Below are positions 13,103 to 25,509 of a stretch of 64,000 nucleotides of DNA, piece by piece. The stretch spans positions 102,858,001 to 102,922,000 of the forward strand of contig NC_043001.1 in NCBI RefSeq assembly GCF_006345805.1, in the 5' to 3' direction. A program made the position numbers and the translations under genes. The stretch comes from Octopus sinensis (taxonomy: Eukaryota). How positions within the stretch are numbered: position 1 is the stretch's first letter; the number at the start of each line of letters is the position of its first letter. The notes beneath the pieces are model-generated. The model was not told the DNA's origin. It saw only the letters and a list, made by a program, of their open reading frames with translations, and made no database searches.

Positions 13103-13700
13103 GTCCATAACCCATGGCCTTCTACATGGGATGGAGCCAGCCTACGTATGCATACCTTCCCTTCTTGGGACACAAAACTCTACTTGTGAAGACGTGATGA
13201 GGCAAGTGAAGATCAGAATCGAAATCGATCAATGGAAATTGCGGATGTGCTACCAGTGCCGGTGGCATGTCAAAACTCTGCTTGTGAAGACCCGTTGAGG
13301 CAAGTGACGATCAGAATCGAAATCGATCAATGGAAATTGCAGATGTGTTACCAGTGCCGGTGGCATGTAAGAGAACTTTCCGTTTCGCGACCGTTGCCAG
13401 CACCGCCCCGTTTCGTGTCCGTTGCCAGCCTCGCCTGGCCCTCGTGCCGGTGGCACATAAAAAGCACCATCCGTTCGTGGCCGTTTGCCAGCTCTGTCTG
13501 GCACCAGTGCGGGTGGCACGTAAAAAGCACCCACTACACTCACGGAGTGGTTGGCGTTAGGAAGGGCATCCAGCCGTAGAAACACTGCCAGATTTGACTG
13601 GGCCTGATGAAGCCTTCTGGCTTCACAGACCCCAGTAGAACCGTCCAACCCATGCTAGCATGGAAAACGGACGCTAAACGATGATGATGATGATGATGAT
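10982..13700 (+). mobile_element. RTE-clade LINE, 5'-truncated, young copy with ~600-bp 3'UTR and (GAT)n tail
   Basis: Uninterrupted RT frame, then a 3'UTR ending in the stem-loop CGTCC-AAC-CCATGCTAGCATGG-AAAAC-GGACG and (GAT)7. No AP-endonuclease domain upstream. No TSD found. Confidence 0.93.
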
Positions 13701-14879
13701 GTGGGAGTGGGGTTGGACACTACCAGAGTCGGAACTCTTGTTACAAGAGAGGAGGAGAGCAGTGACAGAATGAGTATCAGTAGAAAAAGGAGTCACTCGA
13801 ATTATAAAACTGCAGAGAAGAAACAAGAGAAGAAAGTTCAGGAGAAGAACAAACACAAAAGTATTTATATGAGAAAGAGACAAAGAAGTAATCTGCCAGA
13901 AAGTGGGTGAGAAGGGTTGAAGTAATTAAATTGCCAAAACAACCAGTAATGGAGCACCGGCAGAGGCACCAATCCAAAGGAGATAACAATATTCCATATA
14001 ACAGTAAATCAAAGACTTTACAAAGATGAAGAATACATTCAGAATATAGAGGGAAGCTCAATGTAGAGAACCCACTTTCACAGCGACTACTTTAGTTAAA
14101 GATTTAATATAATCACTTCAAGTAAGATCCTTGTAAAAGACAAAGGCTAGAAGACTAAGGAAGAATAGTATCTGACATGGAAGTATCATCAGAGCTTCTG
14201 TAATGACCACTTTTAGCATAGCTGAAAGTAATCAGAACAAAAACTAAGCATCACAATCAGTGACTGAGCACAGGACAAGCCTAAAGCGGCATCGAGGTTC
14301 AAGTCATAAACATATAGAAATCTTCGTTCCATTTCAACTTTAAAAGCAATGCACTCTAGTATCAATGTAAAAACGACCAAATGGAACAGATGTTACATAA
14401 TTTTAAAGATTTATTAGTAGATTTATTAGTAGATCTTTAGTAGATAATGATAAATCCTTGTTGTTTAGCCCCACATAAACTCTAATCCAGTAGATTTATT
14501 ATCAAAGGCATTCAAGCCATGAGTGTCACAATTTTTTCAGACAGCAAATCAAGGACTTCATTATCTGACATTTTCTTTTTCTTTAAAACACCAAAGTGTG
14601 ACACAAATTTATTTGGCTGCTATTTCTAGTAACTACATATAAGCTCCTATTACCTACATTAGGTAGGCATCCTATCTTAGGGAAAATTAATATCTGATCT
14701 AAAGTGAATCTATGGCTAATCATTAGCTTTATAAACTTTTCAGTTCTGTGTGAAATCAATATTTTCTCTTTATATAGCCACTCTCATGAATGAAATTTTG
14801 ATTGGTATATTATTGGTGGATTATTGCTCCTAGCAATAGTGACGAGCTCAACTACTGAACTGGAAGCAATCCAACAGTC

Positions 14880-15200
14880 CTACACAAAGAAGATTGCCTT
14901 AATACAATAGCTGAACAACCGGGAGAAGTTGAAAGCTTTAAGACAACTCCCTGGAGTGAAGAAGTGCAAGATATGCAGTAAATTATAACTGGAAGCTATT
15001 GAAGGAACTACCACGAAACTTTGGCATCAAAAGCTATGCTAATCTCAAACTGGGTACCATAGCATAATGCCAAAAGTTTCACTCCCTCTTTCTGTCCCAA
15101 GTTAAGACTAGAGACTACAAAAGCTTGGGATTTAAAGAATCACAACTCATTAATATTCTCCAATAAAACAAGGGAATTTCATTGAATAGTTAAACAATAC
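14880..15200 (+). mobile_element. Highly decayed CR1-type LINE C-terminal fragment
   Basis: Broken frames resemble EKLKxL...WKxxxGxxxNFGIKSYxNxRTGxHxIxPK of CR1 RT C-termini. Confidence 0.4.
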
Positions 15201-15599
15201 TTGATATTTTATTGTGTAAAATTCCAAATGGCATTACATCACAGCAAGAGACATATTGGCATCACCATTAGATTCCCTTGTTCACCAAATTCCAAACACC
15301 AAACAATGGATACATCAGTATTCATGGCAGTGCCCTGGCATAACTACAGTTAGCAGAGTGGAATGAGGAAAAGAATATATTAATCTAAGTTTATTTACGT
15401 GTAAATAAACACATCCAACTTTTTCTACAAAGAGAAGGGTCAAAAATCAAGGCATTCACAATTCACTAGATTATTTTGTGTTCTCTGAATTACACATCAA
15501 AGCTTTATAATCCTGACAGCAAGTCCAGATATGTTTAAATACACACTTAACATTATGTCATGTGGAAAGTATAACACATTCTTAGTTGATGTAGTGACT

Positions 15600-16010
15600 C
15601 ATCATCATCATCATCGTCATCATTTAATGTCCGCTTTCCATGCTAGCATGGACTGGACGATTTTGACTGAGGGCTGGCAAACCAGATGGCTGCACCAGGC
15701 TTCAATCTTGATCTGGCAGAGTTTCTACAGCTGGATACCCTTCCTAACGCCAGCCACTCCAAGTGTGTAGTGGGGGCTTTTCATGTGCCACTGGCACGGG
15801 GGCCAGTCAGGCGGTACTGGCAATGACCTTGCTCGAATCTTTTTACACATACCACTGGCACAGGTGCCAGTAAGGCGATGTTGGTAACGATCACGCTCGA
15901 ATGGTGCCCTTTTACATACCACAGGCATGGAGCCAGTTGGCTGCTCTGGCACCGATCACGCTCGGATGGTGCTCTTGGCACCCTACTATCATGGGCACAA
16001 GTGCCAACTG
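15600..16010 (-). mobile_element. Short RTE-3'-end element
   Basis: Homologous to the RTE 3'UTR and to 18651-19100. Confidence 0.8.
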
Positions 16011-17795
16011 CAAAACATGTTGTAAACATTGAGACACTATAAGGACACCACAATTCATCCAGTGGATTCAGAACATAATTGACGATGATCCCAGAAAATT
16101 AATAAGGACTATTAACAAAGAACTTCAGGCATTGGAGTGGACTCCCAGAACTGTGGTGCACAAAGACAAATTAAATGTACTGAAGAAAGGCCAATTCTTG
16201 TCTGCAAAGACAAGAAATCCATTTGATCCATACCAAACACTTAGCTAGCAAGGTTAAAACCCCTCATGAACATATGCTTTGGTTCTTCTCTGACAAGAAC
16301 AACTTTGACAAAGATCAATGACAGATGGTTAAGTGTGGATCCTTCAGATGTTGACTCATAAAAATCATGTTAAGCCACCTCCCATATGTGCTTCAACAAG
16401 CCACAACACCTGCTCAAAAAGCCCATGTAAGCTAACAATGGATGTCAAACAATCTTTATGACTTTGTAACACCACATTTGCAGCCTCAAAACTAGATTTA
16501 AATCCCATGGATTATTTCATTTAAGGGAGACTAAGTGGCATCTTCACAGTCCTATAGCTTCACTAAAGACAACCATTGTCCAGGTTATGTCGGAAATTAA
16601 TAAGGACCATTTAGTGCAGGCTTGTCAGTAATTTCCTGCCTGCATTGAAACAGTCACCAAAGCTGAAAGTGAATCCATAGAATAATCTTATAACAAAGTT
16701 TATAGAGAACATGTGAACAAATTTATATTCAAATGCATTTCATTTTTGCTACATTAGAGTTGTTTTAGTAAATTACTGAATATGTCCTCAAATACCTCTT
16801 GTACCCTGTAAAGACACGCGCGCGCGTGTGTGTGTGTGTGTGTGTGTGTTGTGTTTGGGAAGAGTCATTATGCTAATATTAATGCACACACTGATTGTTA
16901 GCTAATTAAGTAGGTAGGGAGGGAGGGAAGTAAGTAAATAAGTAGGTAGGTAAATGGGTAGTACAGACATGCACATACATGCACACATAACAACATACAC
17001 ACTAAGACAGAAACACACACACACACACATCACATTCTCTACACACACAAGCAACAAGGTTTCAGATAGACTCCGTAACAGACTAAGTCACTGAAAAGTT
17101 TGCAAATGGCAATGAAAGAACTTTGATGAATAAAAAACAAAATGAACAACTGTTTAACCAACAAATTAAACTAACGATCAGTTAGATAGTTGGATAGATA
17201 TTTAACCAACAGACTAATAATAAAGGAGTGGAACTGAACCAGTACGTGTTATTAATATTGACATAATGACCCTCCCTAGATACAGTAAAATTTGTTTCAA
17301 CACATGAATTCACATAAGAATCTTGCAAACCAAATACAAAAATAAAGTGTGCATGTGTGTGTGTGTGTGTGTGTATGAACACCTACTTTCCTACGTTTGC
17401 AAGGTCAGATAAAATTTGCTGGCACAGGTTTTCTGTTGCCAGATACTTTTCCTGCCACCAATCCTTAAGTTTTTCCAAGCAAAGTAATAATGACATACTT
17501 GCTTGGAAAGATTGCAGATAAATTACAACACTTTAATGACAAGGCTATTTGTTTACAGTTAGGAAAACAAGGTGGGGATACACTCACATATATGCATGCA
17601 CACGCACACACACACATACCCATGACAGACCCCTACCCTTCACACTACCAAAATTCACTCTCAAGGCTTTGGTTGACATAGAGCTGCAGACACTTGCCCA
17701 TGGTGTCATGCTGGGCCTCAGCCTGGAACACACTTAGACACATAAACACATATGTACAAATTTACACACGTGTATGAATATAAGTAAATATTTAC

Positions 17796-17887
17796 CAGAA
17801 ATATGTTCTTGTTTGACTGAAGAGAATAGTAGAGCTGAACAATGAATGGACTTCGAGACACAGCCAAAGCATTTCTTTCCATCATCA
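17796..17887 (-). CDS. MASTL: Internal coding exon of Greatwall/MASTL serine-threonine kinase (N-lobe, alphaC-beta5 region)
   Basis: Minus strand reads ttttcttcaccAG | TG ATG ATG GAA ... ATA TTT CTG | GTaaat. It translates as (V)MMERNALAVSRSPFIVQLYYSLQSNKNIFL, matching my recollection of human MASTL [31 protein letters not shown]. 92 nt, phase 1 to phase 0, with a polypyrimidine tract. Flanking exons not found in the window. Confidence 0.9.
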
Positions 17888-18375
17888 CTGGTGAAGAAAA
17901 TAAAAAAAAAAAGATTAATAACATTTCAGATTCAATAAAACACATCAACTGAATAAATATTAGCAGTAAACAGTACTTAACAGACAAAAGATGATCTTCT
18001 GTGAACAGAAGACAGTGTGACAAATTCAGATATTTTACCAGATGTTTTAGCATAGATGTGGTCAAAACTGAACACTCTCCTCAGATATAAACTTCATCAT
18101 CATTTTAGCATCTCTTCTTGCAAAGTCAAATTTTCTACAGCCAGATACATTTCCCGTTGCCAACCCTCACTTGTTTCCAAGCAAGGTAATAATCCCTTAG
18201 TCTACCAAGCAACAACCCAGTCATACTTTATGTATTAAATGGGAAACAAAGGTCACATTCTGAATGAGTCATTTATTGACAAGACCACACATATCAAGAC
18301 ATGTCAAGAAACACTGTTAGGCTTTCTGTGGTTGACTGCAAAGCAAAGATTACCATACACATGTGTGTGTGTATG

Positions 18376-18638
18376 AAGGCACATGGCCAAGTGGTTAGGC
18401 TGTTGCACTCATGATCACTAGACCATGGGTTCGATTCCCTAAGTGGATAGTGTGATGTGTTCTTGAGCAAAACACTTTATTTCACATTGCTCCAGTCCCC
18501 TTCCAATCAGCAGGGAATGTTAGCCTGCTCACCTAGCCAGCAGAGTGGTATCGTTTGAGGGCTAAAACAATGCAAAAGCGCATTGTAATCAGTGATGTGT
18601 AACAAAATCTAACCTGGTCAGTCATGAGATCATGTGAT
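18376..18638 (+). mobile_element. SINE family C, diverged
   Basis: Head GGCACATGGCCAAGTGGTTAG...GGGTTCGATTCC; tail shared with 24890-25178. Confidence 0.7.
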
Positions 18639-18650
18639 ATATATATATAT

Positions 18651-20835
18651 CATCATCATCATTTAATGACTGCTTTACATGCTAGCATGGGTTGGACGAT
18701 TTGACTGAGCTCTGCCAGATCAGATTGGAGTCTGGTGCAGCCATCTGGTTCACCAGAGTTTCTACAGCTTGATGCCCTTTCTAACGTCAACCACTCCGAG
18801 AGTGTAGTGGGTGCTTTTGCGTTCCACTGGCATGAAGCCAGTCAGGCAGTACTGGCAATGGCCAAGCTCAAATGGTGCACTTTATGTGCCACCTGCACAG
18901 GAGCCAGTCCAGTGGTACTGGCAACAACCTCGCTCGAATGTTTTTTCACGTGTCACCAGCACAAGTGCTAGTAAGGCAACGCAGGTAACAATCGCAATCA
19001 AATGGTGCCTTTACGTGCCACCAACACGGAAGCCAGTTCATTGCTCTGGCAATGATCATCCTTGGATGGTACTCTTAGCGCTCCACTAGCACGGATGCCA
19101 GTCATCAAATTTGATTTCGATTTCACTTGCTTCAACAGGTCTTCACAAGCAGAGTTTAGTGTCCAATGAAGGAAAGGTACGCATAAGTGAGTTGGTTACG
19201 CCCCTGGCATAGGCCACAATGTTATGGTCTCACTTGGCTTGCCGAGTCTTCTCAAACACAGAATATTTCCAAAGGTCCCGGTCACTAGTCATTGCCTTGG
19301 TGAGGCCCAATGTTTGAAGGTCATGCTTCACCACCTCATCTCAGGTTTTCCTGGGTGTACCTCTTCCACAGGTTCCCACAACTGCTAGGGTGTGACACTT
19401 TTTCACACAGCTATCCACATCAATTCTCGCCACATGGCCATAGCAGCGCAGTTGTCTCTCTTGCACACCACATCTGATGCTTCTTAGGCCCAACTTTACT
19501 TTCAAGCTACTTACACTCTGTCGAGTATGCACACTGACATTACACATCCATCGGAGCATACTGGCTTCATTCTTTGCGAGCTTACGCATGTCCTCAGCAG
19601 TCATGGCCCATGTTTCACTGCCATGTAACATGGCTGTTCGTACACATGCGTCATACAGTCTACCTTTTACTCTGAGCAAGAGGCCCTTTGTCACCAGCAG
19701 AGGTAAGAGCTCTCTGAACTTTGCCCAGGTTATTCATATTCTAGCAGCTACACTTTCAGCACACCCACCCCCGCTACTGACTTGGTTACCAAGATAACAG
19801 AAGCTATCAACTACTTCTAGTTTTTCTCCCTGGAATGTGGTGGAAGTTGTTCTCTGCACATTTTCAGTGTTTATTGCTCCTGAGCATCTGCCACATACAA
19901 AAACTATCTTCCCAGTTAGCCTCCCTTTGATATTGCTTCACCTCTTATGTGTCCATAGCTTACACTGAGCACATCTTATAGAGTTTCTACCTACGCCTTT
20001 TCTACAGATCAAGCAGGACCATCTACCTGAAGGGATTTGTGGTTTGCCTGCCTTCCTACTTATTAGGACTTGGTTTTAGCTAGGCCCTTCGATTCCAACA
20101 CTTGTTCTGATAGTGACTCAGCAATTATAGCGGGTCGTCAGCATAGAGGAGCTCCCAGGAGCATCCTGTCTTGAATTCCTCTGTTATTGCCTGGAGAACT
20201 ATGATAAATAGGAGGGGGCTGAGGACTGAACCTTGGTGGACCTCTAGCTCTACCAGAAATTCTTCACTGTACTTGATGCCAACCCTCACCTTACTGACAG
20301 CGTCCCTGTACATGGCTTGCACAGCTCTCACTAACCATTCAACTATCCCTAGTTTCCTCATTGACCACCAGACAAGGGATTGGGGGACCCTGTCAAAGGC
20401 TTTCTCCATGTCAACGAAAGCCAGGTACAGAGGTTTATCTTTGGCTAGGTATTTCTTCTGCAGATATATTACCAGAAATATAGCATCAGTGGTGCTTTTC
20501 TCTGGCACGAACCCAAACTGCATCTCATCTAAACTGACTCTCTCCCTAATTAGTTGGACTATGACCCTCTGCGTGATCTTCATTACCTGATCCAAGAGCT
20601 TGATACCTCTGTAATTATTTGTATCTAAAGCGTCACCTTTTCCTTTGTAGCAGTTGACTATAGTGCTGCTATACCAGTAATTGGGTATGACTCCTTCGTG
20701 TATCACCTGGTTAACTATATAGGTGACCAGGCTAAATATTTTGAGCATCTCTGCAGTAATTCCTGATGGGCCGGGGGCTTTCCCTGTCTTGCTTTTAATT
20801 GCTTTATCTACCAAGGTACTGTCAACTCAGATAGC
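18651..20835 (-). mobile_element. Decayed 5'-truncated copy of the same RTE LINE family
   Basis: ORF fragments 20125-20814 and 19341-19694 are near-identical in protein to 10982-13102 but frameshifted. (CAT)n tail at 18651; 5' end abuts a TA/CA microsatellite at 20835. Confidence 0.92.
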
Positions 20836-20886
20836 ATACATATATACATATATATATGTATATATGTATATATATGTATGTATGTA

Positions 20887-20926
<40 letters not shown>

Positions 20927-23149
20927 TATATATATATATACACACACTTTAACATGGGTATTATCAAAGAGATGACAATACTGCTGTTTTAACCCCACAA
21001 AGACATTTCCTCCAGCTGGTTTATTCAGTGTGCTTTCACACTCGACATTAAGTGGAAGAGAACTCCTCCCACCCTAGCTCCAAGACCACTAGACCACAAA
21101 TTATATACATATATATATATATATATTTATAATTCTGTATATCTTAATATGGATATACTGTAGAAAACCACAAAACTGCAATATTTGTCTTGAGAAGGCA
21201 TCATGTATAGAAATATACTACTAAAAAACATTGAAGAATATAAGTAGCAGATGAAAAACAACTAACATCTTCAGCCTGCAGGTAGATTTTCACCTGCTAC
21301 TGATACACTTTTATGCTCTCTATCTCTATATGTTTTATGTGAAGTTTTCTCAAAATGAATATTGCAGTTTTGTGGCTTTCTACAATATATCCAAGTTCAA
21401 AATATTCAGAATGCTATAACTACATCCATCACTAAAAACAAATACACATACACACAGCAAGCATCTTCAGTTTCTGACAACCAATTTCACTTCTTAACCA
21501 TACAACTATGCCTGCACCCATTCTATACTGTAAAAGAGAGAACACTTTACTGCATTACTAACTTATATGACATAATGAGTTTTGTTGGAAGACAACACTA
21601 AGATAATTAGAGCAAGTTTTGAATGTTTTGGTAGACAATATTCAAACAGTGACTTAGCCACTTTGCTTTATTGGGGTTTTTTTTTTTCCCTACCTTTCAC
21701 ATGAAAAGTTACCCTTTTCAAGGGTAACTTCAGCACGAATGTTATTTTTATTATTTCCTTTTCTGTGAAAATTTTGAGTCTCTTTTTACAATTTATCAAC
21801 TTTCATTGGAAACTATAAACACACAAAATTTATTCAGAAAATGATGCTTACTGTTTATTTTATTATTTATATTTTTCACCTAGTTTACCTCTCTTACAGA
21901 CAACATCATTTCAGAACTTGGCTAATGTTCAATTGTCTCATTACAGATGAGATGCAACAAATACTTCACCAAAGCTTACTATATACACAGCCAGATTAAT
22001 CAACACGACTGGATTTCTACCTTTTTTTTTTTTCTTTTAAAGAAAAAAGAAAAAAAATATTAAGAAAGCTCATCAGAACAGCAATTTGAATAATACTGGG
22101 TCGGCAAATGCAGGTGTAAAATAGTTCTGCATTGATTTATGAGAATTGGTACATCATGTCCAATGAGGATGCTCTTCTGAAAGTCAAACAGACAGAGAGT
22201 TTGGACATTAGCCAATAACTTGGAAATTGTGTTTTCTGCATGACTAGCAAACATTCTACAATTCTAACAAGATAAACTATATAAACAAATCTGTTAGTAC
22301 TAGTGTAAACTTTCTCAATTCCACATAGGCAAACAGCATCCATTAGAAATACAACAAATAATTATTTTAACTATTATCAAACAGGTATCATGACTAATAC
22401 AATTTCTAATATAGGTATATGCTTTCTCCTTTTTTGTTACATTCATTTGACCATGTTAGCATTTTTTAACCATTTTATAGCAAACTGCCCTTATTTACAG
22501 TAACTTATCAATTGTGAAGAAAGAATGAGACCCATTCTATCAATTAGATAAAATCCATACCTAAAAATCAAACAAAATCAAACGCTTAACAGTAGCAAGC
22601 GAACAGTTTCAATTCATTATCATTTGGTTCGGGTTTCACTGCCATTGTATCACATGATAGCATGAGTCTTAGTGGATCTTATGACCATGAGTTCAATTCT
22701 TGGTGTCCCATTGTGTCTTTGAGCAAGGCATTTTAATTCACATTTGATCCAGTCCACTCAACTAGCAGAAATGAATAGTACCTTTATTTCAAAGGACCAG
22801 CCCTATCACTCTCTTTCATGTTGAATCTCCTTCAGTACTATGATAAGGACATGCATGTCAGTGGAGTGCTCAGCCATTTGCACATTAACTTCACGAGCAT
22901 GCTGTTCTCCTGATCGGATAGCTGGAACCCTCACTGTTGTAACTGACAAAGTGTCAGTTAATTACAAAAATCGAATAGATAAACAGAGATGAGAAGTACA
23001 AAAAAACAAACGGGAACAAGTGACATTTAATCTTGCCAAAGAGACTAATTGTCTAAGTGAAATGGTTCCAACAAACAATTGAGACAGTTTTGCAAATTTC
23101 AAAACTTTTCACTGCACATTAGTACTTTCTGTGATAACAAAATACTATA

Positions 23150-23454
23150 ACTACTTCATCATCATTGTTTAACATCCACTTTCCATGCTGGTATATGCTG
23201 GACGGTTTGGTCGAGGACTGGCAAGCCAAGAGGCTGCACCACACTTCAATCTGATCTAGCAAGATTTCTACATCTGCATGCCCTTCCTAATGCCAACCAC
23301 TCCAAAGTGTGTAGTGGGTGCTTTTTAAGTGCCTTCGGCATGGGGGCCAGTTAGGCGGCACCGGTACTGACCACGCTTGAATGGTGCTTTTTACCTACCA
23401 CCGGCATGGGAGCCAGTCAGGCAACACTGGTATCGACCACTCTCAAATAGTGCT
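23150..23454 (-). mobile_element. Short RTE-3'-end element flanked by a long direct repeat
   Basis: Homologous to the RTE 3'UTR terminus. Confidence 0.8.
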
Positions 23455-23924
23455 AGAAATACAATAAGAAATGGGAACTTATGACATTTAATCTTGCCAA
23501 AGTGACTAATTGTCTAAGTGAAATGGTTTCAACAAACAATTGAGACAATTTTGCAAATTTCAAAACCTTTCACTGCACAACAATGCTTTCTGGGATAGCA
23601 AATATTAAATGTAAAGCAGTTGTGTGGAAGATCTATAAAGTCTATTTTATCCCTTTCCACTCACTATCAGCCATTGAAATAATATGGGGAAGTTATTTGA
23701 GTTTTAACATTTTGGGATTGAGAGAGAATCTGTTTCTGAATAGGATTTAAGTTTGATGTAGATTCTTGAAATGCACAGAAAGACAAGTGAGTGAGCTTAT
23801 GCAGCATTGAAGGAAGATTATAGACATTTGGCAGATTTAGATAAAATAGTAGCAGTAGAAGAGGATGACAGCAGTGGTAGAGAAGGAAAGAAAGAAAAAC
23901 ACGGTGATGAAATGAAGAACATTA

Positions 23925-24135
23925 GTTATTGTTGCTGTTCTTTAACCCTAGGTCTGTCCTCATCAAGGAAGCCTATGAGCGACAGTGTTCCAATCTAACC
24001 ATCCTGTCTTTTTAGAGATAACAAGGACTGCATTATCTAACATGGTCTCTCTTTTCAGTGGGATAGTAAGGTGTGAATTGAAGATGTGGCTGCTACTTCT
24101 AGCAAATCAGGTTGCCATATAGCAGTTTTTTTGGT
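23925..24135 (+). repeat. Interspersed repeat family F (…ACTACATTATC…GTGTGATTTGAGG…TTGGCTGCTATTTCTAGC…), probably an old SINE 3' part
   Basis: Diverged homologues at about 3890-4060 (-), 14455-14650 (+), 54800-54960 (-), 56390-56470 (-) and 58190-58370 (+). Confidence 0.6.
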
Positions 24136-24830
24136 TAACTTGTAAAGAAGTAAAGAGAAAGTACAGCGGGGAGAGAGGTAGTAGCAGACAGTCAAAATAT
24201 TTAGTTCCATTTTGATGGCTGTTAAACATGAGTAATAGAAGCTTGAGGGAGGTAAGCGGTGTCAATGACAACAAAATATTTTACATAATTGACAATATAA
24301 ATAAACTTGAATGAAAAACAAGAATAAAAAGACAAAACTGAAATTTTCCCCTTAAGGACAAGAGAAATATCATCAATTAATTTGTCTATTAGTTGATGGA
24401 GATTTCAGATATAGGAAGAAAAGTAAGGAAGTTTGATAATATAAAAAAAAAATTTTAAATAAAACCAAAAGTGAATTTTTATTGGAAAAATTAGGTGGCA
24501 AGAAGTGTTTTCTCTCACGATGACTACTACTACTACTTCCACCACCACTACAACTACCATCTCATTTAAGTCAGTTATAATTTTTCTTTGAAAGGATTTT
24601 TATCATCTTAAAAGGATTAAAACACTGAAGATTGTTTGGCCAATACAAAAAACATCAAGTCAAGTTGATCTGTTTTTATGTTTTGGTTTTTGCTTTTTTT
24701 TTACAAATATTTTAATATATTATTGGCAAAATAAATCATTGAGGAGAAAATGTTTCAAGATCTGTACATGAACACACACACATACAACATATGCATTAGA
24801 CACCCATATATATATATATATATATACATA

Positions 24831-24889
<59 letters not shown>

Positions 24890-24891
<2 letters not shown>

Positions 24892-25172
24892 AGGCGCAAT
24901 GGCCCAGTAATTACGGCAGCGGACTCGCGGTTTCGATTCCCAGACCAGGCGTTGTGAGTGTTTATTGAGTGAAAACACCTAAAGCTCCACGAGGCTCCAG
25001 CAGGGGGTGGTGGCGATCCCTGCTGTACTCTTTCGCCACAACTTTCTCTCACTCTTTCTTCTGTTGGCCTGCTCGCTTAGCCAGAGGGGTGGTGTCATTT
25101 GAAGGCTAAAACAATGCAAAGTGCATTGTGACCAGCGATGTGTAGCAACATCTGATAGCCTGGTCAGTCACG

Positions 25173-25178
<6 letters not shown>
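24890..25178 (+). mobile_element. tRNA-derived SINE family C (GGAGGCGCAATGGCCCAGT...GGTTTCGATTCCC)
   Basis: tRNA-like head; inserted in a (TA)n tract. Related copies at 18376-18638 (+, same tail) and at 22650-22958 (+) and 6300-6505 (-), which have a different tail. Confidence 0.8.
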
Positions 25179-25219
<41 letters not shown>

Positions 25220-25509
25220 GCATGTATGTGTGTAAAATACACAGCCCCTATCAGAGACAGTACAAATTTGGGGGAAAATACAACACACACAGATTTGTTT
25301 TCAGCTGATGGTTCATACCCTCATTACACAAAGTTTCTCCCACTGCACAATCGTTCAGACAGTAGAATGGTGAAATTGTCTTCTTAGTTACTGAAGAACT
25401 GCACACATTCAGACATTCTGAGTAACAATGGAGTGAATCATGCAATTCAAGTAAATGCATAACCTGCATTTCCAGGTAAGCAGCACTCCACCTGCTTGCT
25501 TACACATAC

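Noticed and set aside
11154-13173. Minus-strand ORFs 11154-11429, 11680-12123, 12202-12495, 12895-13173 and plus-strand 20171-20590, 19477-19797
   Set aside because: Antisense shadows of the RTE RT frames.
13595-13640. CTGATGA followed by AGCC-TTCT-GGCT as a hammerhead in the RTE 3'UTR
   Set aside because: No GAAA after the stem, and other copies read CTGGTGCAG here, so CTGATGA is a private mutation.
22060-22343. Overlapping minus-strand ORFs in unique sequence
   Set aside because: No motif, no clear donor site and no similarity to MASTL.
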